Source of the DNA: Nitrospirota bacterium
GTDB taxonomy: Bacteria; Nitrospirota; UBA9217
Direction: 5' to 3'
Assembly: GCA_963737155.1 (NCBI GenBank)
Contig: CAVTRN010000002.1
Coordinates: 288,001-352,000 of the forward strand
DNA length: 64,000 nucleotides
Shown: positions 31,702-41,109 of the stretch, in pieces
Position numbering within the stretch: position 1 is the first letter of the stretch
Layout: each line of letters opens with the position of its first letter
Program-made: the position numbers and the translations under genes
Notes under the pieces: generated by a model
Seen by the model: the letters and a program-made list of their open reading frames with translations, nothing else
The model's database searches: none
Told to the model about the DNA's origin: nothing

Positions 31702-31728
31702 TAAAGATAATCATAATTATGCCGATAA
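31702..31728 (+). promoter_or_regulatory. Sigma28 (FliA) promoter
   Basis: TAAA-N15-GCCGATAA exact consensus. Confidence 0.75.
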
Positions 31729-31871
31729 ATAATCTGTCATCTAAAGATGAGACATGTATCCCGTCTCTCTGTAGTAGATTAGCAAGGTGCGCTTTGTAGG
31801 TGCGGTTTCTCTAAATGAGTATTCTGGGAACACAATATATTGTCATGGATTGTCAAAAAAGGAGGATTGCA

Positions 31872-34547
31872 ATGTTTAAAATGTTCAGGTTTTTAAGCGG
31901 GATCATGGTCTTGTCTGTTGCTCTGCTTATGGCTGGATGCAGTGGGTCGTCAAGCAGCGGGACCACAAGCAGCGGATCAACGAGCAGTAGTAGCAGTGCA
32001 AGCGGCGCAACTGTCGCTGCGACATCCTTGACCGTGGCCAGCAAAGTAAGTGTTGTAGATCCCGAACCGGGCCAAATAGGTCTATCAAGCGTCGCTGCTT
32101 CTGCAATTAAAGTTGATTTCTCAAGCGTTTCTCACCTCTTTCACTCATTAGCAGCGTCGTCATTAACGCCAACGGCCGACATCAATACCGATCAGACGCA
32201 GGTATCCGTTACGGAAATGTCCACGATGGCGCTCGATAACGTCAATAAGATATTGTGCATGGTCAACCAATCAAGGTATGATGCCATGGTCAACCAGGGC
32301 AATTATATCGCGCTGGTAAACGAAGCCCCGTGTGATCCCGCGCAGTCTGACGCGTCTGACGCAGGCCAGTCGGCCGAAGACCCGACGAATTCAGCGAGTG
32401 TCCCGGTTTACATGAACTGGACCATAAATTCTTCAAGAGCTGACGACAATTCCCCTGAAGTAGTCAAGTGCTGGATCCATCAGCCTGCAGACGGGCAGAA
32501 TCAAAGCGACGCGTACATATATGCGGACGCGGTCATTACCGGCGGCACCTCGTCGGTAAACCCGTACGGTCTTTTCACCATCAACTATGAAGTGTTTCCA
32601 GTGACGAATGGTGTGGTTGCAACGACTGCGCATGAGATCGGCACCTTGGAGGCTGTGAGCGATCCCACCTCGAGCCAGGTACTGCTCAAGTATGTTGACA
32701 GCCAGGCACAGGGTGGCGGCAACGGTGGTACACAGCAGCAGACCCAGCAAATATCGCTCTCCCGGCAGAACGGCGGTACAGGCGGTGCAGGACACGTTTT
32801 GATGACCCAGGTAAGCACGCAGGGCACCAGCACCCTGGAATACAATATTGCTTATGACTCTTCATACTTCTACCGTATGCAGCCGAATACCTCATCGCCT
32901 GATCCCATGTGCTTCAACAGAACGCAGTTTAACGACCTCGCATGGTCGTATAATCTCTACGATATGACAGGTACAAGGGTTAATCTAAATTCCGGGTTCC
33001 CCATTACATTTACCCTGGGCGGGGTGCAACACCAGGGCTATATAGGATATTGGGGGCTCTGGACAGACAACGGAGCATCGCTTAGCAACGGCACCACGGT
33101 AAATGTGCAATCCTTCAACAATGGCAATACTACATCCTCGCCGTACACCATATTCGCATCAGGCGGAGAACTTCAAATACATGTGCGGCATCTCATGACG
33201 CTTGGTGATCTGACAAGCATACCGCTTTCCTATTTCATGCAGCCGCCTATGTCGGCCGCAACTAACACCAATCAGCCGGTATCGGCTCCGTCCGGAACAA
33301 ATTATGAGGTGACCTGGAATGGCACGAATTTCATTGAAATAGCGCAAATGCCTCAAAATTGCAACGGAAACTGCACATGGGCAAGCCTCCCGCAGCCCTA
33401 TCAGACACTTGACCTTTCCAATTTGCCGCAGGGATCGCTTAATTTAAATTCCATAAACGGCGGCGGACAGTTCCAAGTACTGCTCAGCAACTGTACAGTA
33501 ACTCCTCAACCTTCAGCAACCGCCCCGGTTTCCGGTCCGACACCAACGGGGACCACGCCACAACCGACGCCCGCGCCACAGCCACAGCCACAGCCACAGC
33601 CTCAAGTCACTGTGTGTGACCCCCCGACGAACGCATCTCAGGTCATTTATTATGACCAAAATCTTGTATATCCTGGCGATACGACAGTGCCGACCACGCT
33701 TGTCGGCTATCAGCAGACCCCCATCGCGACAGCGTCGGGTGTCGATCCGTCAAATCCGTTCGGGAACAGCAATATCATGACCGCGCAAACTAATACGCCC
33801 ACGGTCTATACCTTTGACACGACGCGTCTCATGCTGGATTATAATGGATACGACGTTGTTATGACGGCAAACGGGACGAATGCCACTACTCAAAACGGGA
33901 TCATGAGCGGTCCGCTCTTCGACCCCAATGCTGTAGACATCTCCACGGGCGAGACGTATTCCACGCTTCTGCTTTGCCCCTGGAGCACAGCGCAGAACCC
34001 GCAGGTTTGTGGCTGGCAGGCCCAAGGTGTGCTGCCGGTATATTATACTTGGGAGACGGGGCCGAATAATTTCAACCAGTTCGTCACGGTCTCTGATCCA
34101 ACCGGGTCCATGATAAAATTTGATCCGCCTCTTAATGTCAACTATACATCAAACGGCACAACCTATGTGCTAGAGTATGATGGTGCCGGCCAGCTTAACG
34201 GCATCCCGAGCGAATGCATTGATTTGAATACCGGTCAGGAAGCCGACTGTTCGTTGTCCAATAACTCGATATCCATCGTTTGGGTACCGCAATTTACGAT
34301 ACCTGAATCAGATAACGGGATAATGACAACACTCACAAACGGGAATACTGAATATTATGTTCGCCCGTTACAGGTTGAGCAACTGATGATCAGTGTGCCC
34401 TCAACCAATTGTGCATCACTGGCAACGACAGATTTCAGTCCCTATACACTTCCTGATATCTCGATTTGGGTAGATCCTGTAGCATATAACGGTGCTGAGC
34501 CAACAGTAACGAGCGCACCCGCCGTCATAGGAGGCGTAGTTCAGTAA
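31872..34547 (+). CDS. Large Ser/Thr/Gln/Asn-rich surface lipoprotein
   Basis: RBS AGGAGG, lipobox LMAGC, Ser/Gly linker, multiple Cys, (PQ)n linker near 33570-33605. Confidence 0.8.
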   Translation: MFKMFRFLSGIMVLSVALLMAGCSGSSSSGTTSSGSTSSSSSASGATVAATSLTVASKVSVVDPEPGQIGLSSVAASAIKVDFSSVSHLFHSLAASSLTPTADINTDQTQVSVTEMSTMALDNVNKILCMVNQSRYDAMVNQGNYIALVNEAPCDPAQSDASDAGQSAEDPTNSASVPVYMNWTINSSRADDNSPEVVKCWIHQPADGQNQSDAYIYADAVITGGTSSVNPYGLFTINYEVFPVTNGVVATTAHEIGTLEAVSDPTSSQVLLKYVDSQAQGGGNGGTQQQTQQISLSRQNGGTGGAGHVLMTQVSTQGTSTLEYNIAYDSSYFYRMQPNTSSPDPMCFNRTQFNDLAWSYNLYDMTGTRVNLNSGFPITFTLGGVQHQGYIGYWGLWTDNGASLSNGTTVNVQSFNNGNTTSSPYTIFASGGELQIHVRHLMTLGDLTSIPLSYFMQPPMSAATNTNQPVSAPSGTNYEVTWNGTNFIEIAQMPQNCNGNCTWASLPQPYQTLDLSNLPQGSLNLNSINGGGQFQVLLSNCTVTPQPSATAPVSGPTPTGTTPQPTPAPQPQPQPQPQVTVCDPPTNASQVIYYDQNLVYPGDTTVPTTLVGYQQTPIATASGVDPSNPFGNSNIMTAQTNTPTVYTFDTTRLMLDYNGYDVVMTANGTNATTQNGIMSGPLFDPNAVDISTGETYSTLLLCPWSTAQNPQVCGWQAQGVLPVYYTWETGPNNFNQFVTVSDPTGSMIKFDPPLNVNYTSNGTTYVLEYDGAGQLNGIPSECIDLNTGQEADCSLSNNSISIVWVPQFTIPESDNGIMTTLTNGNTEYYVRPLQVEQLMISVPSTNCASLATTDFSPYTLPDISIWVDPVAYNGAEPTVTSAPAVIGGVVQ

Positions 34548-34567
34548 AATTTCAACATAGTAATTAG

Positions 34568-34605
34568 ATAAAGCTCCTTCATGGAATCTCATGAAGGAGC
34601 TTTAT
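34568..34605 (+). terminator. Intrinsic terminator
   Basis: ATAAAGCTCCTTCATG / CATGAAGGAGCTTTAT perfect stem after lipoprotein stop. Confidence 0.8.
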
Positions 34606-34623
34606 TTGTCAAATACGAAGCAG

Positions 34624-34740
34624 AAGAGCACAGGCATTAGCCCGTGGATGAATGCGTCCCTTTTGTTTCTCTACCATTCGGGGGAGTTAGGGGGTGCTTT
34701 TGTCGTTTTATACCCACGGGCTTATGCCCGTGGCACTTTG
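34624..34740. repeat. Pair of REP / IS200-IS605-end-like palindromes
   Basis: CACAGGC-ATTA-GCCCGTGGATGAATGCG and CCACGGGC-TTAT-GCCCGTGG about 60 bp apart. Confidence 0.55.
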
Positions 34741-35409
34741 ACTCAGGTTGCCCAACATATAGAATCACTGGTTATGAACGACTAACCCCAAAGCCTTTTT
34801 GAATTTGAGACTCGATTTGTGACAGGAGAAGCATGCTACAGCTATTTGATTCACTTGCACTGGCCGAATGGATGCAATGCTACCAACTCGAAACGATATC
34901 AAAAAAACACGCAAGAAGAAAAAGCGAAACACCTCTTCGGAATAGGCTGCTATCGCGCACAATAAAGTCATAATCATGACAATGAAACGGCCATAACAGG
35001 TAGCTTCATCTTTACGAAGGCCGCTAATATAGACTTCTTTTTATAGTATGCATGGCTTTTGATGTTCTATGAGCAGTCTTTTTCTTGCCATTTCGAGCTT
35101 TTCTATAAGTACATCAGGCTTAAATATCCTATCTTTCTGGATATTTCATTACTTTTAGAATCAAGCACAATTACAGTAGGTTTTGCCGTTACACAAAATC
35201 TCATAAACTGATCTGAATCTACGCCAACGCCCGATTCATATTTAATTGGGATAAAAAGTAATTTTATATAGTCCTGAACACTTTGAGTGTCAGACACACA
35301 TATTTGTTAAAGCAATTTATTTGCTGCAACTTTTGGACTGCTGACTTTTGTGATTTCCTCAGAAAGTGTATAATAAAGATAGGAGTATTTTTGCAATGTT
35401 TCCCATTTT

Positions 35410-35808
35410 ATGGACAAGGAGGTGGTTGAAATGTTGGTAAAAGCATCCAACGCAGAACTCAAGCATTTTACAAACCCTGATGAGGTGAGAACGTTTCCAA
35501 AAGGAAAGCTGGAGCTCATAAATATCGGAGGAGCCGTGATCGGTCGGGCGATATTCGAGCCGGGCTGGAAGTGGTCGACTTCCGTTCAGCCACTGGCCAA
35601 GACAAAGAGTTGCGAAGCGCCCCATTTTCAGTATCATGTGTCGGGAACGATCATTGTAAAGATGGATGATGGAACGCAGATCGAATGCAAGGCCGGTGAT
35701 GTGTCTCTGCTGCCGACAGGACATGACGCATGGGTGGTTGGTAATGAACCAGCTGTGGTAGTGGATTTTCAAGGGATGGTCGATTATTCACTGAAGCAAG
35801 CAGCATGA
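35410..35808 (+). CDS. Cupin-domain protein
   Basis: EPGWKWS...SCEAPH.QY..SG and LPTGHDAWVVG motifs. Confidence 0.85.
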   Translation: MDKEVVEMLVKASNAELKHFTNPDEVRTFPKGKLELINIGGAVIGRAIFEPGWKWSTSVQPLAKTKSCEAPHFQYHVSGTIIVKMDDGTQIECKAGDVSLLPTGHDAWVVGNEPAVVVDFQGMVDYSLKQAA

Positions 35809-35893
35809 TTTATCAGGAACCAGAGCGAACACTGTGCAAGGCGACGGGACTCTATCTAAAAACCAAAAAACAACTAAGAGGGAGGTGATGACC

Positions 35894-36058
35894 ATGGCAG
35901 AGAAATTAAAAAAAATTGAATGCGACCCTAAATGTGGCTTTCTGGTACGAAGCCATGATGAAAAGGAAATCGTGGAGATTGCTACACAGCATGCAATAAA
36001 ATCGCACAAAATGGCTATCACTGAAAAAGACGTTAAAGGTATGATGAAAGATGCATAG
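35894..36058 (+). CDS. DUF1059 small metal-binding protein
   Basis: CDPKCGF...H...H; RBS GGAGGT; terminator at 36082-36118. Confidence 0.8.
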   Translation: MAEKLKKIECDPKCGFLVRSHDEKEIVEIATQHAIKSHKMAITEKDVKGMMKDA

Positions 36059-36443
36059 ACCAGAGGCCAGCAAGCTAAACCATACTAATGGGCTTGGTGA
36101 TTCCAAGCCCATTAGTATATTAAAACCGTTTACATGTGTATTTTTAGAACAATAGTGTCTCAACACAGTGCATGTAGAGCGTGAGTTTGATCGTCGTTGA
36201 CGCATTTTCCAAGTAGCATACCGCAATGGTTTTTTTCACGCGCCGGTGCGAGCTAGGTGTAATTGAGAACCGCTTGGTTCTTAAAGAATTATAATTACTG
36301 ATAGTAACCTGAAATGCATATTTCATTGAGGACGATGGATGGACTTAACGGTGGGACCTTGATTCAAAAATGTCTTGCCATCATTCTGCCAATGGGCTAT
36401 AGTTACTGCTCAAAATACTAATCTTCTTCACTGGAGGGCATTT

Positions 36444-36731
36444 ATGGCAAAGGCAATGACGAAATCCCAATTGATAGCAAAGGTAGCGGAGAAGGCATCA
36501 CTTACGAAGAAGGCAGCAGGTGAGATATTAGACTTCATCGCTGAAACAGCTTACAAAGAAGCTAAGAACTCGTTCACGATACCCGGACTCGGCAAGCTCG
36601 TTCTCGTTCAGCGCAAAGCTCGGATGGGAAGAAATCCTGCCACAGGCGAGACTATCAAGATAAAGGCAAAGAAGGTAGTCAAATTTCGAGTAGCCAAAGC
36701 CGCCAAGGATGCGATCCTCGGCACAAAGTAA
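36444..36731 (+). CDS. hup: HU-family DNA-binding protein
   Basis: MTKSQLI..., RKARMGRNPATGETIKI, VKFRVAK; RBS GGAGG; terminator 36759-36790. Confidence 0.95.
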   Translation: MAKAMTKSQLIAKVAEKASLTKKAAGEILDFIAETAYKEAKNSFTIPGLGKLVLVQRKARMGRNPATGETIKIKAKKVVKFRVAKAAKDAILGTK

Positions 36732-37058
36732 CCAAGTCTTTCTACTCTCGACACCACCAAGCCCATTCATCATCGAGTGGGCTTTTCTTTTCTCCGAGCA
36801 ACAAAAAAAGAGAGTGATGACCATCTCTGCAGGTGGTGCCCTGAAGCACTCTTATTGACTTTCTCATGCGTAGATATTGAGCTGGGCATGGTGGATATGC
36901 TTTAATTAAGGACTCATGATGCCGGCAGCGATAAATTACGGATAACTGGTTAACGTATTCTTGTAACGTCTTGAGTCGTCTCTGCCTGGACATGGTCAAC
37001 AATATTGTGAAGTTTTCAGGATTCGCATTCCCTGATTATAATTGACAGGAGGTACTCT

Positions 37059-37550
37059 ATGTCAACAGACGATAAAGGAGCTATTGGGCCGGACGCTTTG
37101 ACTGGCGAATATGTTGCGATCGATTATAAGGCGCTTGGGTCCAAAATCAAGCACGTTCGGGATACTGTTACTCAGGCGGACTTCGCCAAAAAATTCGGCA
37201 TAACGCGGGCTGAGGTCAGCAAGATCGAGCGCGGTGAAGTCCGGCCGACTGCCGAGCTGCTTTATAATATTTGCTTGAAGTATCATCTCAGCCTTGAGTG
37301 GATATTGTCCGGTCACGAGCCCGCACCTGAGTCCGCACCTGAGTCCGCACAGGAAGAACTTTTTAAAGAAGAGACTGTAACAGCTGCGCTGGTCAAAGAG
37401 GATCCATCGACAGCGTGCGCAATGCCAATTCTTGAAATAACCGATATAATCGAATGGTTCAGGCTGCACCCGGAAGACCTGTGCTTGGTCAATAAGATGA
37501 TTCAGGGCAAGAAACTTATGCTGGATTCAATGAAGGAGCTGGAGAAATAA
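37059..37550 (+). CDS. XRE-family HTH regulator
   Basis: TQADFAKKFGITRAEVSKIERG; 12-bp tandem repeat encoding APES. Confidence 0.85.
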   Translation: MSTDDKGAIGPDALTGEYVAIDYKALGSKIKHVRDTVTQADFAKKFGITRAEVSKIERGEVRPTAELLYNICLKYHLSLEWILSGHEPAPESAPESAQEELFKEETVTAALVKEDPSTACAMPILEITDIIEWFRLHPEDLCLVNKMIQGKKLMLDSMKELEK

Positions 37551-37879
37551 CAGGGAAGTTACTCCCTCTTGTTCACCGGTGACCTGTCCCCGGGTATTGT
37601 ACTAGATGCTGATTTCATTTTGTATCATTGTATTTTATGATAAATTATTCCGTTAGTATCTACATTCTGTATCATGGGACTTGCTTTTTATCGCAACGAG
37701 CCATACTTCATCTCGAAAACAGCACGGCGGATAAGCGTCATAGGAATTGACCGAAAAGTTCTCAAGCATTAATATTTTTAGTCCTTCGAGAATGAGTGTG
37801 GACGCACTAAAATATAGCATAGAGGGGAAAAAGTAAATCCCAGTAATTAAGCAAGCCGGGAGCTTAGGGTGTTGTACGA

Positions 37880-38200
37880 TGCGGCTTGAAATTTATTTAG
37901 AAGCTTCTCTGATTTCCTCTACACGAACTTGATCCGCTCGGCAACCGAGAGACCTTTCGTTTCTTCGTAATGCTGGTCCGTGATCTTGCGAACCATTTCA
38001 CCTGTTTTAACCGGCATGGGCATGTACCTCCCGTAGGGAATAAATGGAAACCGGCTTGTACCCAATCGCGATGTTCACGGCATAGAATGCTTGTATTTTT
38101 TCAAAATGAACAATATTCTTGAAGTTCCAGCTTACGACCCTGTCCGCACCCGCGACAGTAGCGATTGCAATATGCCTGGCATCATCACGATCGTTGCGCG
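37880..38200 (-). pseudogene. PIN-domain toxin fragment and partner gene remnant
   Basis: DDARHIAIATV.GAD.VVSWNFK.IV PIN C-terminus; N-terminus missing. Confidence 0.7.
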
Positions 38201-38325
38201 TCAATATACGGTGTTTGTCACTTTTTAATGTGAGTCTCACGCTCGCAGAAGCACATCACGGGCAAGTTACCCTCAAATTGATCAAAATATCAGCTCGAAC
38301 TGGTTTTGATCTGTTCAGTCCGCGC

Positions 38326-39180
38326 TCACGGCGTATAGTACTTGCCGTTTACTTCATCTCCAATGATAGCAAAATTCGCCGTTGATGTTTCAAGTGGATC
38401 GGATTTCCATGAAAAACCGATCGATGGAACTTCAACCGAGGCCTCAAGCTGAGCTATGGCTTTGAAGCCATCGACACGGAATTGTTTCTGAGAATCGTCG
38501 TAGCTGAACTTCTCGTTTGTTGCTTTCCACACGATACGCAAGTCCATTCTAGCAGGTATTGTTTCTGCCTTGAACTGCGGCCATTTTGGCTGGTCTATTA
38601 TTTCAATCCCTTTCATTTGCAGTACCGCCGAACGTCCATCATTGCTAAAAGTGACTCCTCCTTCGGCTACAGGCACAACCCAGTAAAGGCCACACGGTCC
38701 GACCGGAGGATGAAAATCATGCACCTGATTCGCAGGGGCCAACTGCCCCTTGAAGAGGGTCACTCATATATGTGCGAACGTCCCATTTTGAGCGGTTCTC
38801 CCCGTGTAGTACTCACCCTGCATGATATCGTTATCCGTTGTAGGATTTCCAAAGGCAAGGCGATTGCCCTTGTTATCAGTGCCCATGCCTCTAAAATCTG
38901 CACATCGGGCGACCTTGCCTTTGAAATGATAAATGTGCGATGGCTCCGTGGTAGGACCAGCTGGCTGGTTGTGACTGCCGTTCTTATCAAGCCAAGGAAT
39001 GGGAAAGGGGTAATTACTTCCATCGTAAACGAAAGGTTCTTTTTCGACTTCGTTATGTTTACCCGTCGCATCAGCATGGTTTGGAATTTGAAGCGCTGAC
39101 GCTGCCGCAAGTATCGAGCCAGAAATAAGAAAACGTCGCCTACTGAACTCGAAATTGGATGACAAAAATTCTTTTTTCAT
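38326..39180 (-). CDS. Tat-exported protein with in-frame TGA (candidate selenoprotein, 284 aa, U139)
   Basis: SRRRFL Tat motif; ORFs 38764-39180 and 38326-38763 abut in frame, separated only by TGA; SECIS-like hairpin follows. Confidence 0.6.
38733..38752 (-). promoter_or_regulatory. Putative bacterial SECIS element
   Basis: AGGGGC-AGTTG-GCCCCT stem-loop; loop begins 19 nt after TGA and has G at position 2. Confidence 0.55.
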
Positions 39181-39257
39181 GTTAACCTCCCTTTCTGTAG
39201 TCCTCGTTAGAAGAAGCTTCTGCCAAAGTAATGCAAATTAGGCTTTTTGATTTCAGT

Positions 39258-39350
39258 ACCGTTCCTGAAACCATGTATTTTATTTCCATATACTAGGACG
39301 GCAGCCGAACAGGGCTGCTGCCGGTTAACGTCAAGGCGCATGCCTCTGAT
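39258..39350 (-). ncRNA. Orphan TnpB omega-RNA/right-end scaffold copy
   Basis: Reverse complement matches 52445-52538 with 4 substitutions and 1 indel. Confidence 0.7.
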
Positions 39351-39423
39351 GTAGCAGAACAGGTTAAACTACCGAGTTTAAGGAACCCATAATGAAGGTA
39401 AAAGATACTTCCTTCCTGCCCTC

Positions 39424-40254
39424 CTATTCCGCAAGTGCAACGGTGGTTTCGGATTCCTGGGAACGCATCTGCTCTTCCATTACCATATGGGTGATTACCT
39501 GCTGAAGACTGAGGAACCATGGTGAGGTCGTATCTCGTGAATGAGGAAATCTCACTTCAACAATCTTTTTCACCGTGCCTGGCCGATTGGTCATGACGAC
39601 CACACGGTCAGCGAGGTAAATGGATTCCTGTATGCTGTGGGTGACGAAGATGATGGTCTTTTTGAATTCCATCCAGATGCGAAGGAGTTCATCCTGCAGC
39701 ATACTGCGAGTCAAGGCATCCAATGCGCCGAAAGGTTCATCCATTAGCATCATCGGTGAATCGAGCGCGAGGGCTCGGGCAAAGGCTACCCGCTGACGCA
39801 TTCCCCCCGACAAGTCCTTAGGATACCGGTCACGGAAATCCGAGAGTTGCAGCTTGTCCAAAAACGCATCGACCTTTAACCTGACAGCGGCCTTCGGCAA
39901 GCCTTTGATCTTCAATCCAAATGCCACATTCTCATCCACATTCATCCATGGGAACAGCGCATACTCCTGAAAAACCATGGCGCGGTCCGGCCCCGGAGCG
40001 GCGACCTCTTTGTTATTGGCGATCAGTCTTCCTGACGTAGGGAGAGAGAAACCGGCAATGGCATTTAAAAGGGTCGATTTGCCGCAACCTGATGGTCCGA
40101 GGATGCAGATGAACTCACCACGGTGGATGTCCAGATTGAAATCCTTAAGCGCAACAATTTCCCGGCCTTCGGAACGATAAACCTTGTTGACTTGCTCGAT
40201 TCTGACGATTGGCTCGTTAGCAGCGCTCATTCTTCCAGTTAACTCCGTAAGCAT
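39424..40254 (-). CDS. NitT/TauT-family ABC ATP-binding protein
   Basis: GPSGCGKST, LSGGMRQR, LMDEPF, VTH. Confidence 0.95.
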   Translation of the reverse strand: MLTELTGRMSAANEPIVRIEQVNKVYRSEGREIVALKDFNLDIHRGEFICILGPSGCGKSTLLNAIAGFSLPTSGRLIANNKEVAAPGPDRAMVFQEYALFPWMNVDENVAFGLKIKGLPKAAVRLKVDAFLDKLQLSDFRDRYPKDLSGGMRQRVAFARALALDSPMMLMDEPFGALDALTRSMLQDELLRIWMEFKKTIIFVTHSIQESIYLADRVVVMTNRPGTVKKIVEVRFPHSRDTTSPWFLSLQQVITHMVMEEQMRSQESETTVALAE

Positions 40255-40260
40255 GTTCTT

Positions 40261-41109
40261 CTATTCGCCCGTTTCAATGCTCCGACGCCAGCGAAGCAAG
40301 TAATTGTTGATCCGGCTCATGACCGTGTCGATGGCCAAACCCAACATGCCGATAGTAATCATCCCGGCAATAATCTTGTCTGACCAGAAATATTCCCGAG
40401 CCTCAATGATCCGGTAACCCAGACCGTTATTGACTGCAATCATTTCGGCAACAATTACGCAGATAAATGCCACGCCAATTCCTACGCGCAGTCCGGTAAG
40501 AATTTGGGGCATCGCTGCTGGTACGATGACCCGGACAAAAAGCGTCTTTTTCCCGGCCCCCAGGTTCTGCGCTGCGCGTATGTAGATCGCATCTACATTC
40601 CGGACTCCGGATATTGTGTTCATGAGCACAGGAAAGAATGCGCCGAGACTGATGAGAAAATATGCCGGCGGGTTCCCCAACCCAAACCAGAGTATTGAAA
40701 GAGGAACGTATGCAATGGGGGGGATCGGCCTCAAAATCTGTATGAGGGGATTAAAAAGACGATGGACTCTTTCGAAGTTCCCCATCAGAAGTCCCAGGGG
40801 CAGTGCCAGACCGGCGCCGATAAGGAAACCGATAAGCACCCGGAGAAAAGTTGCAAACAGATCGCTGGGAAGCTCTCCTGAAAATATCCATACTAAATAG
40901 GTCATCTGTTTAGGATCGAAAGGCTCAAGAGGGCGGGCATACGCTATCCATCGTGAAAACACCTGAGTTGGGGCAGGAAGGGCCTGAGGATTGAACACTT
41001 GATTTCGGGACAGCAATTCCCAAACGACAAGAATTCCAACAGGAATGATGGCCGACTGAATGATCTGCCTGATCATTTTTGCCACCGATTGTTTTTGTTT
41101 ACCTGGCAT
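40261..41109 (-). CDS. NitT/TauT-family ABC permease
   Basis: RPIPPIA, AAQNLGA, VAEM motifs; multiple TMs. Confidence 0.95.
   Translation of the reverse strand: MPGKQKQSVAKMIRQIIQSAIIPVGILVVWELLSRNQVFNPQALPAPTQVFSRWIAYARPLEPFDPKQMTYLVWIFSGELPSDLFATFLRVLIGFLIGAGLALPLGLLMGNFERVHRLFNPLIQILRPIPPIAYVPLSILWFGLGNPPAYFLISLGAFFPVLMNTISGVRNVDAIYIRAAQNLGAGKKTLFVRVIVPAAMPQILTGLRVGIGVAFICVIVAEMIAVNNGLGYRIIEAREYFWSDKIIAGMITIGMLGLAIDTVMSRINNYLLRWRRSIETGE

Noticed and set aside
34428-34442. Target of the orphan guide (GGGACTGAAATC on minus strand)
   Set aside because: Only 9 nt match, which is plausible by chance in 128 kb of both strands.
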